64,000 bases of DNA from assembly GCA_030264375.1 (NCBI GenBank), contig JASCQW010000027.1:60571387-60635386 (forward strand), in the 5' to 3' direction. The stretch comes from Carcharhinus longimanus (taxonomy: Eukaryota). Positions 52,917 through 64,000 of the stretch are shown here, in pieces (position 1 is the first letter of the stretch; every line of letters starts with the position of its first letter). The translations under genes and the position numbers were made by a program. The notes under the pieces were generated by a model that was not told the DNA's origin, made no database searches, and worked only from the letters and a program-made list of their open reading frames with translations.

Positions 52917-53079
52917 AGATGAGATCCGTCAGCTTCACCAACAACTCCGTGAGAAAGAGGTGATGAGAGGGCAGGACCGCTTCCTCAGAAGCAAAATGGC
53001 AGATGATCGTGCTGCTTTGACCAAGGAGAATGCTGTGCTGCATTCACAGACCCTTGAGCTTAATAAGCAATTAGAAAGG
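52917..53079 (+). CDS. Gene A coding exon 7 (DEIRQLHQQLREKEVMRGQDRFLRSKMADDRAALTKENAVLHSQTLELNKQLER)
   Basis: Acceptor cttttcaccccag, phase 2; donor AGG|GTGTGT, phase 0. Confidence 0.88.
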
Positions 53080-54189
53080 GTGTGTGGAATTTCATCTTGT
53101 GTAATAATTCAATGTTTGGAACTCCAGGCTGAATTTTCTGGTAAGGTTCCCAAAAGGGTTAAGGAACAAGGAGGCCTTATGATGGCCTCCCAGTGATCAG
53201 GGCCAGTGCACTAGTCAGGTTTACAGCCCCTCCCCATCAGCCTGGCTTCCATTGCAGCAACATGCCACACGGTCTCCTCCCCCTCCACTATTGGTGATAT
53301 GGATGCTGATTTTATTTTGAAATTTAAAGTGTTGGAGTGAGGGTGCCTCCATCCTGGCATGCTCTCACTTTCCCAGAAAGGCACGCTGCTGCTTCTTCTG
53401 TGCTGAAGAGCCTCCTGTTTGCTCTCCAGCTTCGAGAGCACACTCACTGTCCTAAATTGAATAACGAATCCACCCTCTGACTAAGAATTGGCCAGTTTGA
53501 AGTAAACCACAGCCAGGTGACTATTTCTGAACTCAATTTGGCCAACTATCCCAAAGCCCATGGGTAAAACCCTGCTCTCAGTTGAGTAACTAGTCTCAAT
53601 TGGATTTGTTTAAAGTTAACCATGCATTAATTTTGAGTTTGGCTCCAAGTTACTGAATTTGAGGTGTCTTTGTGTACATAACAAATGAAAATTTGGTTTA
53701 GTAATATTTAGGCCAATAACCCTCCCATTGCTATTTATATGATCACATTACTCATAACTCTTCCTTCAACTCTGAAATGTGAGAAAATATTTTGAAATAG
53801 ATGTTTTATATAATTCCACATGTCCATAAATTACTATGAAATAGTGTATGTAACATTATCATTATCGTAGCACACAGGTGTCAAATTGATCAATATATTC
53901 AAATAATGTGGGTTCAGAAGTTCTAGGGTCAGATGATTTGGATACTGCCAAACACGATATGGACATGTATCCTGTCTGATAATCAATTACCATTCTGCAC
54001 AAAAGGGAGACTGAGAACTCATTGGGTGATGAATCATGGAGTATTTGCAGATTTAATAGGGAAAAGTTCCAACAGAATGGCAACTTTAAAAAACTCCATA
54101 TGACGGGTCAAAACTCCTTCAAAGCATGATGTGGAGGTGTTAGCCTTGACGTGACAAAAAACGCACATCCTTGGCATAGGTCCAATAAA

Positions 54190-54650
54190 TTAAGCTGCCT
54201 AACTTGTGCTTCTTCTTGAAGGTATCCAGATTCTTCTTCTGAATATTCTTTTCAGAGGAAGCTGGTCTAGCCCAAAAAGGTTTAGCAAAGATATTTCACA
54301 ATCCTTGCATTGACTATCCTTGCTCCAGCATTCGCTTGTTGAATGGCCCCTTTTGGCACACCTATGCGACATTTCTTGTTGTTTTAACCTCTTATGGGCA
54401 GTTCCCAACTTGTGGATCTTTGTTCCTTCACCAAATTATGTCTTTATCATCCTTCTTCTGAAAAACCAACCCTTGACCCCCACCCCCCCACCCTTGCAAC
54501 TTTCAACGCATCTCCCATTCCTTCCCTCTCCGAGCTTGAATGTGCTGTCGTTTCCCAAATTTCTGTCCATCTTTCCTAGAATTCCACGTTTGAAACGCTC
54601 CAAACAATTTTTCACCTTTGCTACAGCACTTAAATACCACTTGGCAAACT
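54190..54650 (-). mobile_element. LTR-retroelement gag remnant with zinc knuckle
   Basis: SHRCAKRGHSTSECWSKDSQCKDC, a degenerate CCHC knuckle. Confidence 0.55.
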
Positions 54651-54739
54651 CATAAAAGACATTCTACATTATAGTAACAAAGGTAAACTATCCTTTCTCA
54701 TTTTCACTTGACTGTACTCTTGTCTATTTAATTGGAGCC

Positions 54740-55735
54740 AGAGAATTGTCATCAATGGTTTCTCTTTCCATTCCTGCAGTTAGCTCTGGTGTCCGCCAAT
54801 CATTTTTCTTTGGCTCCTCCTATTTCTCATTTATATGCTGACCTTTGATGACATCGTCCAAGGACATATCTGTTTCAACATGTATACTGCCAACTCACAG
54901 CCCTACTTCACTATCCCTTCTCTCTCAATCCCTCTGGCAGTGCTAAATTGTCAGACTGCTTGTCTGAGATCCAGCAGTACATGAACAGAAATTTCCTCCA
55001 ATTACATATTGGGAAGAACGAAGCCATTGTTTTTTGTCCCTGCTACAAACTTAGGTGCCTAGCCACCGACTCCTTCTCTCACCATGACAACTGTCTGAGA
55101 ATGTTTGTAATCTCTGTGTTGTATTTGATCCTGAAATTAACTTTGTACTTCATATCTGTGACTTAAATAAGACTCTATTTCCACCTACTTAACATCACCC
55201 ATTTTCACTCACCTCCATTCTTCTGCTGAAATCCTCATTCATGCATCAGACTTAACTGTTCCATTGCTGGCTAGCCTCTCTCAATTTACCCTCATGCACA
55301 TGAGGTTACACTTACCTCTACTGCCCATATCCCTACTTGCATCAAATTCCATTCACCATGTGCTTGCAGACTTATATTGGCTTCAGTTAAACAATACCTT
55401 CATTTTAAAATTCACAAACTACTTAATGGTCTCATCCCTCACTGTCTATGCAATGTCCTCCAACCCTACAACTCTCTGAGATACCTGTACTGTCCTAATT
55501 TTTCAGCAGATTATTATTTCTTCCCCAGTGGTGGCTGTGCCTTCAGTTGCACAGACCCTAAACTTTGGAGTTTCCTGCCTAAACCTCTCCAGCTCTCTTG
55601 CTTTCTTCCTTTAATTTGCATTTAAAAGCCAACATCTGTGACCAAGCTTTTGATCATCTGCCCTAGTATCTCCTTATGTGGTTCAATGTCAAATTTTGCT
55701 TTATAATGCCTCTGTGAAGCATCTTGGGATGTTTA
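54740..55735 (+). mobile_element. L2 LINE RT/3' end remnant
   Basis: SGVRQS..LLFLIYML; MYTANSQPY (YADDTQLY-like); SDCLSEIQQYMNRNFLQLHIGKNE; tgtgaagcatcttgggatgtt tail. Confidence 0.8.
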
Positions 55736-55852
55736 GGAATACAGATCTCCATGTATTATAAATGTTGAGAAATAATAACATAATTCTGATTCTCCTGTTT
55801 CTGGTATTTTTGGTATTACTTGTTAATGTCATTCCTGGGGTATGTGTTGTAG

Positions 55853-56011
55853 GAGAGGATGCTAAAGGAAGAGACAGATTTTTGCCGAACTTCCAGTGCA
55901 GTTCAACTGATAACTGTAAAAGGCAAAGAAGAACAACTGCGGTATGAGGTTAAAAGGCATAAGGAGCTTCTGGAAATTGAGAAAAGAAAATTTAAAGAAC
56001 TGATGGAAAAG
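55853..56011 (+). CDS. Gene A coding exon 8 (ERMLKEETDFCRTSS...KFKELMEK)
   Basis: Acceptor tgttgtag, phase 0; donor AAG|GTAGTT; 53 codons of charged coiled coil. Confidence 0.87.
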
Positions 56012-57211
56012 GTAGTTGGAGTTACTGAAAAAATAATGCCGGCGAAATTGTAACTTGTTCTGCTGTCACATTTCTTTAAAAGAAACAATAAACATACTGG
56101 AAGCATTATATTGCTGCTTTATATTTGCTAAGGTGCCATCACTTGTTGATGTATTTTTGTTTCCCTGTGACTCCTTTCTCTTGATTTCTCCATTTTATGC
56201 TCCATATTTGGAAGAGGGCTGAGGGTATGTTTTCATGAATCTCAATGTGTAACTGGCTAGCAAATGTGTATCTGGGCTCCCCATAGGTAAACAATGTGTG
56301 TCCAATTTTCATCTTGCCTGTGATAAGATGCCTAACCTCCACATGGAAACTCACCATGTTTACTTAGCTAAGATCAGTAACTAAGTAGCTTAGATTTCCA
56401 GCTCCAGGAGCAGTGCCTGAGGAGATGCATTATGCCTGCCAGATTGATTGGAGGTAAGCCACAATCAGAATTTCATGGCTCACCTCATTAACATTAGGTT
56501 GCAAGCAAACAAGTCAAGCCTGTTCAACAATCTGAATGCATGAAGTGCAAGTAGCAAGGGATATCTAATAAATTTCAGGTGTAATTCAATGGATAGCAAT
56601 GCAAATCGCACCTTTATTTTAAATTACACAGACAATAGTTATAAAACTCCAGAGATCTCAATTACACTAGAAGCAGGTGATGTTGGGCCACATTGTGCAA
56701 AAACGTACATCAAATCATTACTTGACAGCAATGTGAGAATTGCATATGATTGCATGGGGACAGGACTATGCAAATGAACATGAGAGGATTTATTACAATA
56801 TAACAGAAGTGAAGCAAACCATCAGGGAATTTGTATATACCAATGTTTCAAACCAAATAGGCTGGTCTTACACTATAGTTATTGCTAGAATTTCCAGGAA
56901 ATTCTGAGTCGTAATATGCTCAGTGTAATTCTGATTATTCATCTGTTCCAGTAATCATTAATTCCACTCCAAAAATTGATTGAGAAACAGTAATCAAATG
57001 TGAGGAAGATAGCTAGCTTTTGCTTTTTAAGGCCATGTTGAGATGATTAATAAGGAACTCCTCAAACATTCTGTATCAGCACTTAAATTGAAAAATGAAT
57101 ATCTGAATGGATGACTTCATCATGTTGTGCATTTTGATTAGCAGTGTGTTAGGTAGAGTAAATCAGAACTTCCACAGCTCATTCTAACTATGTGTTGATA
57201 TTTTCCCTGAG

Positions 57212-57379
57212 ATTCTGCTCCTCGAACAAGGGAAGACCTCTGTTGAACTGAATGAGGCCACTGTGCGTAGTCGTATAGCTGAGACAGAAAGCAGATTTGC
57301 AAGTGGCGAAGAAGAGAACCTCCAGCTGCAAAGAGACAAAGCACTACTGGTTGACCTTATCACTGATTTACAGAATCAG
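57212..57379 (+). CDS. Gene A coding exon 9 (ILLLEQGKTSVELNEATVRSRIAETESRFASGEEENLQLQRDKALLVDLITDLQNQ); gene continues downstream
   Basis: Branch CTAAC ~57184, then ttttccctGAG acceptor; donor CAG|GTATCT; no stop codon reached. Confidence 0.82.
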
Positions 57380-57852
57380 GTATCTGATTCTTCACCTAAC
57401 TATTCACTGTCTGCAATAATCAAAAGCCTAATCAGCCATGCTTTACATTAAAGAAGCCAGTCAGATTGTAAAATAATTTTATAATTTTTATGCACTGAGA
57501 AGTGATATCAGAATTAACATTTAAAATGTAACCATGAAATATGCAGTTGCAGTCGCAGATTGCCTTTCAGAGAAATACAGAACACAAAACAGCGTTTGGC
57601 TATAGTGCTTGTGCCAATACCAGTTCTTCATCTGGAAATTATCTTCTTTATTTGTTCGTTCTTTGTACCTCTTGACTATCCAACTACTTATCTGATTCCC
57701 ATCTCGAATTATGTTAAAACTTTTGCTTCAGTTGTTACTTATTGTTAAGTTTTCCTTGTTCTAACAATGCACTTTTAACCAAACATCCTCTTTACCTTTC
57801 TATCGCCAAGGAAACTTTAAAATGTGTTTCCCCCAAAATCACCCATGAACAA

Positions 57853-57884
<32 letters not shown>
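57853..57884 (+). repeat. (TG)n microsatellite
   Basis: Direct. Confidence 0.95.
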
Positions 57885-57890
<6 letters not shown>

Positions 57891-58056
57891 TGCCCTGGAG
57901 TGAGAAACAAAATTTTAAATAACCTAGCAGCAAAGCCTCAATACTTAACAAAGAAAAGGTTTGTTTCTCTCATTGTATTGCTCTGGAAGTTACTTAAGAA
58001 AAGATAAAATTACTAACACATGCACACAAACAAGCATGAAGTTTAGTTACAAATAG

Positions 58057-58360
58057 GGACAGCACGGTGGCACAATGGTTAGCACTGCTGCCTCTCAGTG
58101 CCAGGGACCCAGGTTCAACTCTGGCCTCAGTTACTGTCTGTGTGGAGTTTGCACATTCTCCCTGTATCTGCGCAGGTTTCCTTCCATAGTTCAAAGATGT
58201 GCGGGTTAGGTTGATTGGCCATGCTAAATTGACCCTAATGTGAAGGGGACTAACAGGGCAAATGTGTGGAGTTACAGAAATTGGATGTGGATGGGATCGT
58301 GGTTGGTACATACTCAATGGGCCGAATGGCCTCTCTCTGTACTGCTGGGATTCTATTCTG
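58057..58360 (+). mobile_element. HE1-like SINE
   Basis: Head GCACGGTGGCACAATGGTTAGCACTG, B-box, tail. Confidence 0.88.
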
Positions 58361-59849
58361 TGATAAAACGACACTTATAAAAATTGGATCAGTTGCATCC
58401 ATTTTTCAGGGCAGGTTTTTGAAGTTGAGTTGTAATATTGTCGGAAGTGAAGATTTAGAAATTGCAGGATTGTCTCTGCATCTGCGATGGCTTTCACTGT
58501 CAAATTGCCAGACATAGTTTTGTAAATGAAATCAGGTAGAGAAGAGATAAGGGGGAGGAGGAGATGAGAGGAGTCTCTTTAGTTCCCGCAAAAAACTGCG
58601 GTGTGGCCTTTTTTTTAGACTGGTTTGGTGGCTGCACTTGTTGGTCCCTCATTTCTTGTGTTGAAGCTCTTGTCTGCTTCTGTAAAAACATCAGCTGAGT
58701 CATGGCTAACACCAGGTTAGGGATTTTAAACCACGAAGGCTCAGAACATTGTCAGCTCGACTTTCACCATTTACTTCCCTCCAAATTGTCTCATTTTGCA
58801 GTTTTTTTGCACTGAACTGCATTTGTCACTTACCCATTCCCTCAGCCAATTTGTCCATGCCCTTGACCTTAATTTGTTCTCATTGGTAAACATTATCATT
58901 TCTCTTGTGCCTATTTCAAAACCATTTATATAAATGGAAAGCCGAAGGTCCTAACAGAAATACCAATCAAAAAATAAATCAGTTTTTTTTTTGTTTGTAC
59001 CCGTATCATCCTTCACTCTCCCTCTATTGCCTTTAATAACATGTGCCTTAATTTTCTTAAATGTTTTACCTTATCAAGCCTTTCTGAAAATCTATATGTC
59101 AAATTGTTGTTTATTCTATTTCCCGTTTATTCTATTTCCTCAATTGTCTCTGATTTTTATCATAAAATTCAGTTGCACTATTCCAACATATTGTACTATT
59201 TATACTTGCCTGCTGATAATGCTATGTTTACGATTCTGTATTCATTATTACCATCTTGTATCATGGATTTGGGCTTGGGGGGGGGGTGGTATCTTCCAAG
59301 TACTTGCAGATGGTGGGAACCCTCATTCACCAACTGTACATATTAGATAATTTGCTGCAACATGCATGCAATTTTCCAAAATGAGCTGGTTGGTGGGTGA
59401 AATTCTCCCTCTGTTACTTGATCCATAAAATAGAAATTTACCATCAATTAAAATAAGACTAAATTTCCCATTTTTCTTCCCCATTTCTTTAAGAGGAATT
59501 TAACTTACTTATTTTATATGATTCCATATAGTAGTTTAAAAGATCTTTGGAAAATTATGCTAAGTCCTTATGCTGTCTCTTCCCCAATTTCAATTAATGT
59601 TCTGGAGTGCACACGGCCTAAACCTAATTATTCCACTTTTATTCCCATTAACTTTAAAATACAATTTTTCTTTGGAATTTGATCACCAATAATGACCCTT
59701 CGACTTCCACCTCAGATTTAGGATTCCAGTTATACTTTCCTCTGTATAAATTGTGGTAATATGTTTACTAAGTATTTCTGTTGTTAATGTCCCTCTTTAT
59801 CCCTTGTTGGATTATCTTTTTATTCAGTGCTAATAAAAGCCTTTTAATA

Positions 59850-60138
59850 AGAACATAAGAACATAAGAAATAGGAGCAGGAGTAGGCCATCTAGCCCTTC
59901 GAGCCTGCCCCGCCANNNNNNNNNNNNNNNNNNNNNNNNNNNNNNNNNNNNNNNNNNNNNNNNNNNNNNNNNNNNNNNNNNNNNNNNNNNNNNNNNNNNN
60001 NNNNNNNNNNNNNNNCCCATCAACCCGCGTCTTAAAAATATTTAGCGAGGCAGCCTCCACCACTTCAACGGGCAGAGAATTCCAGAGATTCAGCACCCTT
60101 TGAGTGAAGAAGTTCCTCCTCAACTCTGTTCTAAACTG
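59850..60138 (-). mobile_element. Young CR1 LINE 3' end over a 100-N gap
   Basis: Tail identical to 52172-52224; FRTELRRNFFTQRVLNLWNSLP. Confidence 0.9.
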
Positions 60139-62574
60139 CCCTCCCTTTCTCTTTACATTGACTGGCAACCTAGTCTAATTCGCCCTCTTACCATTGCTAA
60201 TTTCCCCTTTTTGTTTCCTTTCTATGTTAATTCATTTATGTTTATCACATGCCTCTTGTTTAATGTTTGCTCTAATCTTTCTTTGTGCATGGCCTTTCAT
60301 CTGCTCACTTTGTGTCTAGTTAAAATGCATTTGACCTCTGACTTATTTGTCCTACGTTTAAATATTTGTGAATGCAGCTCTGAAATTTGATTTGCCCTTT
60401 TTATGCAACCAATTAACCCATGCTAAATTCACTTTTGTCTCAGTTAATTAGTTGATTTCCAGTCCAACATGGTTACTTTTGATGAAAAATTCTGGAAATA
60501 CAACTCAAATTATATAAATCAGAACACACATTTAGCATGCATACATGCCAGATTTCATTCCAGTCTGTATTTTCACTGAGACTTGCAGTGACCTGTCACA
60601 ATCATTGTCCATGATGTCAAAGAGGCAAGAGATAGGGGAGGGATTTCTCACATTGGCAGTTTCACTTGTCCCACTGCCCCTCTGCCAACTGATTATAGAC
60701 CCTTGGAATACCTTTTGTTTAAGGTACCTAATGGGCCCAGGACCAACATGAGTTCTGGGCTAGAGTCGTGGTATGGAAGATGCTGAAAATGGGTCCTGAG
60801 TATTTTTTCTAATTACCTCTTTATGAAGATGGAGTGATAATCATTTTTGCTGGGGAGGTTGTCAGCTGTCTCCTGAGCAACCAGCTGGATACATTTTTCT
60901 TAACAGTTTCCTCTAATGGGCGCCCATATGCCATTAGAGCACATATGCACTGCTGAAGAAATACGAAGTGAAATAACTTGCCTTTACCCTGGAGATCCAG
61001 GTTAAGTCTGTCACGGGTGCCCACTCCACTGCACTAATGCAAACAACCGAGGTTTCTCTGTTATTTCCAATGAAAACTTAGTTAATTTATGGTTACTATT
61101 TCCTAACTGTTCTCTTGCTTTTAGTTCAATTACTTTTTCTGATCTATTATCCATAAATATTTTATACAGGGAGTGATAATGATCTGGAATGTTCTGCCTA
61201 ATAGGATGGTGGAGGCAAATTCAATTGTGGCTTTCAAAAGGGAATTGGGTATGCACCGGAACAGAAAACAAGCACGGTCTTGACATGTTGAATGCCTCCT
61301 GCGCTGTAACTGTTCTCTGATTCAATTTTATTCATGGGAGTAATTAAGGCTGATAACTGGATGCAGAAATAGAAACAGAGTGTAAAATGCATTCAAAAAA
61401 CTTTCTACTTTGGAATAGTCAATGTTCTGCATTGCATAGGAAATCCAGAATTTGGAATAATGCAATATGACTTCTAAATGCCTTAGAGTCAAACATTTCC
61501 AAAACATGACGCACAAATATTTTTGGTATAAAGTAATCAAGGTTGCTATTATTTAAAATTCCAATAATTAATAATGTGATATACACTTCAGGGAACAGTC
61601 TTCTGATAGCAACAAGTAGGTCAAGAGTTTTTGTTGCTTGATTGAGCAATTTAATTCACTTAGCAACAGTTATAAAGAAGATATAAGTAAAAAATCAATG
61701 CCAATTGAACCCACATTCGACATAAACAGAGTAGTCTATACTATTTCCTCTATTATGATTTGGAAGCTTCAAAGTGTCTGAAAGAACAGACAGATTAGGA
61801 AATTAAATATTTTTGTCCATAATAAATACAGCATTAATACTGCTTTCAATTGTCACCACCATAGCAGATACCTGCAGATGCAGCATCACAACTGTTAACA
61901 AAGCATTTTCAACACTTTAATTGAGAAATGGATCGAAGCTGGAAAAAGAAATATTCCTGCATCTAATAGCTGTTTAAGTGAAAGCCATTAAAATTTAAGA
62001 GATAGATTTACCATGGTGAGACAGCATCAGCAGTTAAGCGCAGACTGAACCTGTTTCATTTAAGGTTCTGTCTCTGCACAGGGGAGATTGAAAGTAAACT
62101 AAGATGGCTTCTGATAATTCAGACTTTGCACATTTTTCATCAAATAGATAGGGATGAGAAAGTAAAATTTAGTTCACCTTAATTTATTTTTCCATGCAGA
62201 AAAAAATCATAGCTTACCCAGCTTTCTAAACTTTGTGTTTGAATATCTGTGTCTATCCTGGAAACAGATGACATAGTGAAAGAAATGAACTTTTTCCCCA
62301 TATTTCACACCACAAAACAGCAAAAGCAAATTGCTAAACTGTTTCTGAATCTGGAAAACAAAAGTTTCAAAAAATTCTTTAAGTTTGATGCTCTTAAACT
62401 CACAAGAACTTCCTTGACCATGCAGCTGCTGCAATCCATTCTGGTATGGTATATGTACAAAATCTTCATGATCAGCCTTGTTTTCTGTGATGAGTTTCAT
62501 AGTTTGTAACACGGATATAAATGGTTTGATGCTTAGAAAATTGACAGATTCAGTAATTGCTAAGTAACTCGAAT

Positions 62575-62800
62575 GGTAGCATTGTTGTTAGTTAATGAAC
62601 TAATATTCTAGGCCCTGAACTAATGGTCCAGAGACATGAGTTCAAATTCCATAGCAGTCAGGAAATTTATATTCAACTAATTAAATAAATCTGGAATAAA
62701 AAGCTAGTAATGGTGATCATGAAACTACCAGATTGTCATTAAAAATCCAGCTGGTTCATTAATGCGAAGGAAATCTGCAACCCTACCCTGTCTGGTAGCC
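62575..62800 (+). mobile_element. tRNA-headed SINE of the family split at 27893/39454
   Basis: gagttcaaattcc B-box; ctggttcattaatg..aaggaaatctgc body. Confidence 0.65.
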
Positions 62801-62933
62801 ACTCTAATCAGGTGCCAACCTGCTGAAGCTACAGCACAGGACTGCATGCATACTAAGCAGCAGAAGCAGCACTCAATAAACAGAGCAAAATGATCCCACA
62901 ACCAATAGATCACCTCAAAGCTTGACAATCCTG

Positions 62934-63011
62934 CCATGATGTGGATGTGCCGGCGTTGGACTGGGGTAAACACAGTAAAAAGTCTGACAACACCAGGTTT
63001 AAGTCCAACCG
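62934..63011 (+). repeat. Young interspersed repeat terminus next to a gap (inverse copy at ~50592-50635)
   Basis: acagtaaaaagtctgacaacaccaggtttaagtccaac shared with the reverse complement at 50598-50635. Confidence 0.7.
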
Positions 63012-63339
63012 NNNNNNNNNNNNNNNNNNNNNNNNNNNNNNNNNNNNNNNNNNNNNNNNNNNNNNNNNNNNNNNNNNNNNNNNNNNNNNNNNNNNNNNNN
63101 NNNNNNNNNNNNNNNNNNNNNNNNNNNNNNNNNNNNNNNNNNNNNNNNNNNNNNNNNNNNNNNNNNNNNNNNNNNNNNNNNNNNNNNNNNNNNNNNNNNN
63201 NNNNNNNNNNNNNNNNNNNNNNNNNNNNNNNNNNNNNNNNNNNNNNNNNNNNNNNNNNNNNNNNNNNNNNNNNNNNNNNNNNNNNNNNNNNNNNNNNNNN
63301 NNNNNNNNNNNNNNNNNNNNNNNNNNNNNNNNNNNNNNN

Positions 63340-63520
63340 TTTCCTATAGTCAAAGACGTGTGGGTTAGGTGGATTGGCCATGATAAATTGCCCCTTAGTG
63401 TCAGGGGGATTAACAGGGTAAATACGTTTGGTTACACTGATAAGGCCTGGGTGGGATTGTTGTAAGTGCAGGCATGTGGGCCAAATGACCTCCCTCTGCA
63501 CGGTAGGATTTCTATGATTC
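63340..63520 (+). mobile_element. HE1-like SINE 3' half
   Basis: gggttaggtggattggccatg...ttctatgattct. Confidence 0.85.
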
Positions 63521-63524
63521 TAGT

Positions 63525-64000
63525 ATGCCTGACTCAGTTCAGCTCTTCCTGAGGTACCCAGCATCACAAATGCCAGCCAATTTTTGATTCATTCCAATTT
63601 ATATCAACAAATGGTTGAAGGCGAAAGCTATGGATCATGACAAGGTTCCAGTTGCAGTTCTCTGCTTCAGAACTAGCTGCACCCATTGCCTATCTATTCC
63701 AGTACAATTACAACACAGGTGCTTAACCAACAATGTGGAAAATTGCCCAGGTGTCTTTCTGACCATAAAACAAGACCACAGAACAAATATAATCCAGCCA
63801 ATTACAGCCCCATCAGTTTATTCTCATATGATTGGAGGCATCATCAACAGTCCAATAAACAGCTCCTACTCAGCAGTAATCTGCAACAAAAGAAAATCTA
63901 ACCATCTCTCCTTGATATTCAGTTGCATTACCATTGCTGAATCCCTCCCATCAACATCCCAGGGGTTATCATTGACCAGAAACTGGACCAGCCATATAAG
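63525..64000 (+). mobile_element. Degenerate LINE RT fragment
   Basis: NPANYSPISL motif and upstream GPD-like remnants. Confidence 0.65.

Noticed and set aside
57380-57389. GTATCTGATT donor as a second U12 intron
   Set aside because: Lacks the CCTT core of the U12 consensus (RTATCCTTT); treated as U2
58057-58130. tRNA gene
   Set aside because: A/B-box-like sequence is the head of a SINE, not a full cloverleaf; the same holds for the other copies
62200-62512. ORFs on both strands as the next gene A exon or an antisense exon
   Set aside because: Not coiled-coil-like, no phase-compatible splice pair for gene A, no recognisable motif
1-64000. CRISPR arrays or prokaryotic defence systems
   Set aside because: Eukaryotic intron- and repeat-rich DNA; no regularly spaced repeats or operon-like ORFs

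Overview
Vertebrate genomic DNA, most likely from a shark or other cartilaginous fish, judged from HE1-like tRNA-SINEs, CR1, L2 and Penelope retroelements and Gypsy remnants. It is a draft assembly with several N gaps. Two multi-exon genes were reconstructed by hand from splice signals and phase continuity; I could not name either. They lie head-to-head around a short CpG-enriched region at ~15.8-16.2 kb that carries an RFX/MYB-like motif. Gene A (+ strand) has an ATG at 19869 and 9 coding exons up to 57379 (381 aa so far, mostly coiled coil), and continues beyond the exons found. It contains a U12-type AT-AC minor-spliceosome intron (21162-21768), a GC-AG intron and a GAG acceptor. Gene B (- strand) has 6 coding exons from 16001 to 6217 (~276 aa) and also has a GC-AG intron. 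An ~11.3 kb block (28005-39353) in gene A's longest intron splits an older SINE and a CR1 LINE and is flanked by near-identical young LINE ends. It is either an ectopic insertion or a mis-assembly. No prokaryotic systems or CRISPR arrays are present.
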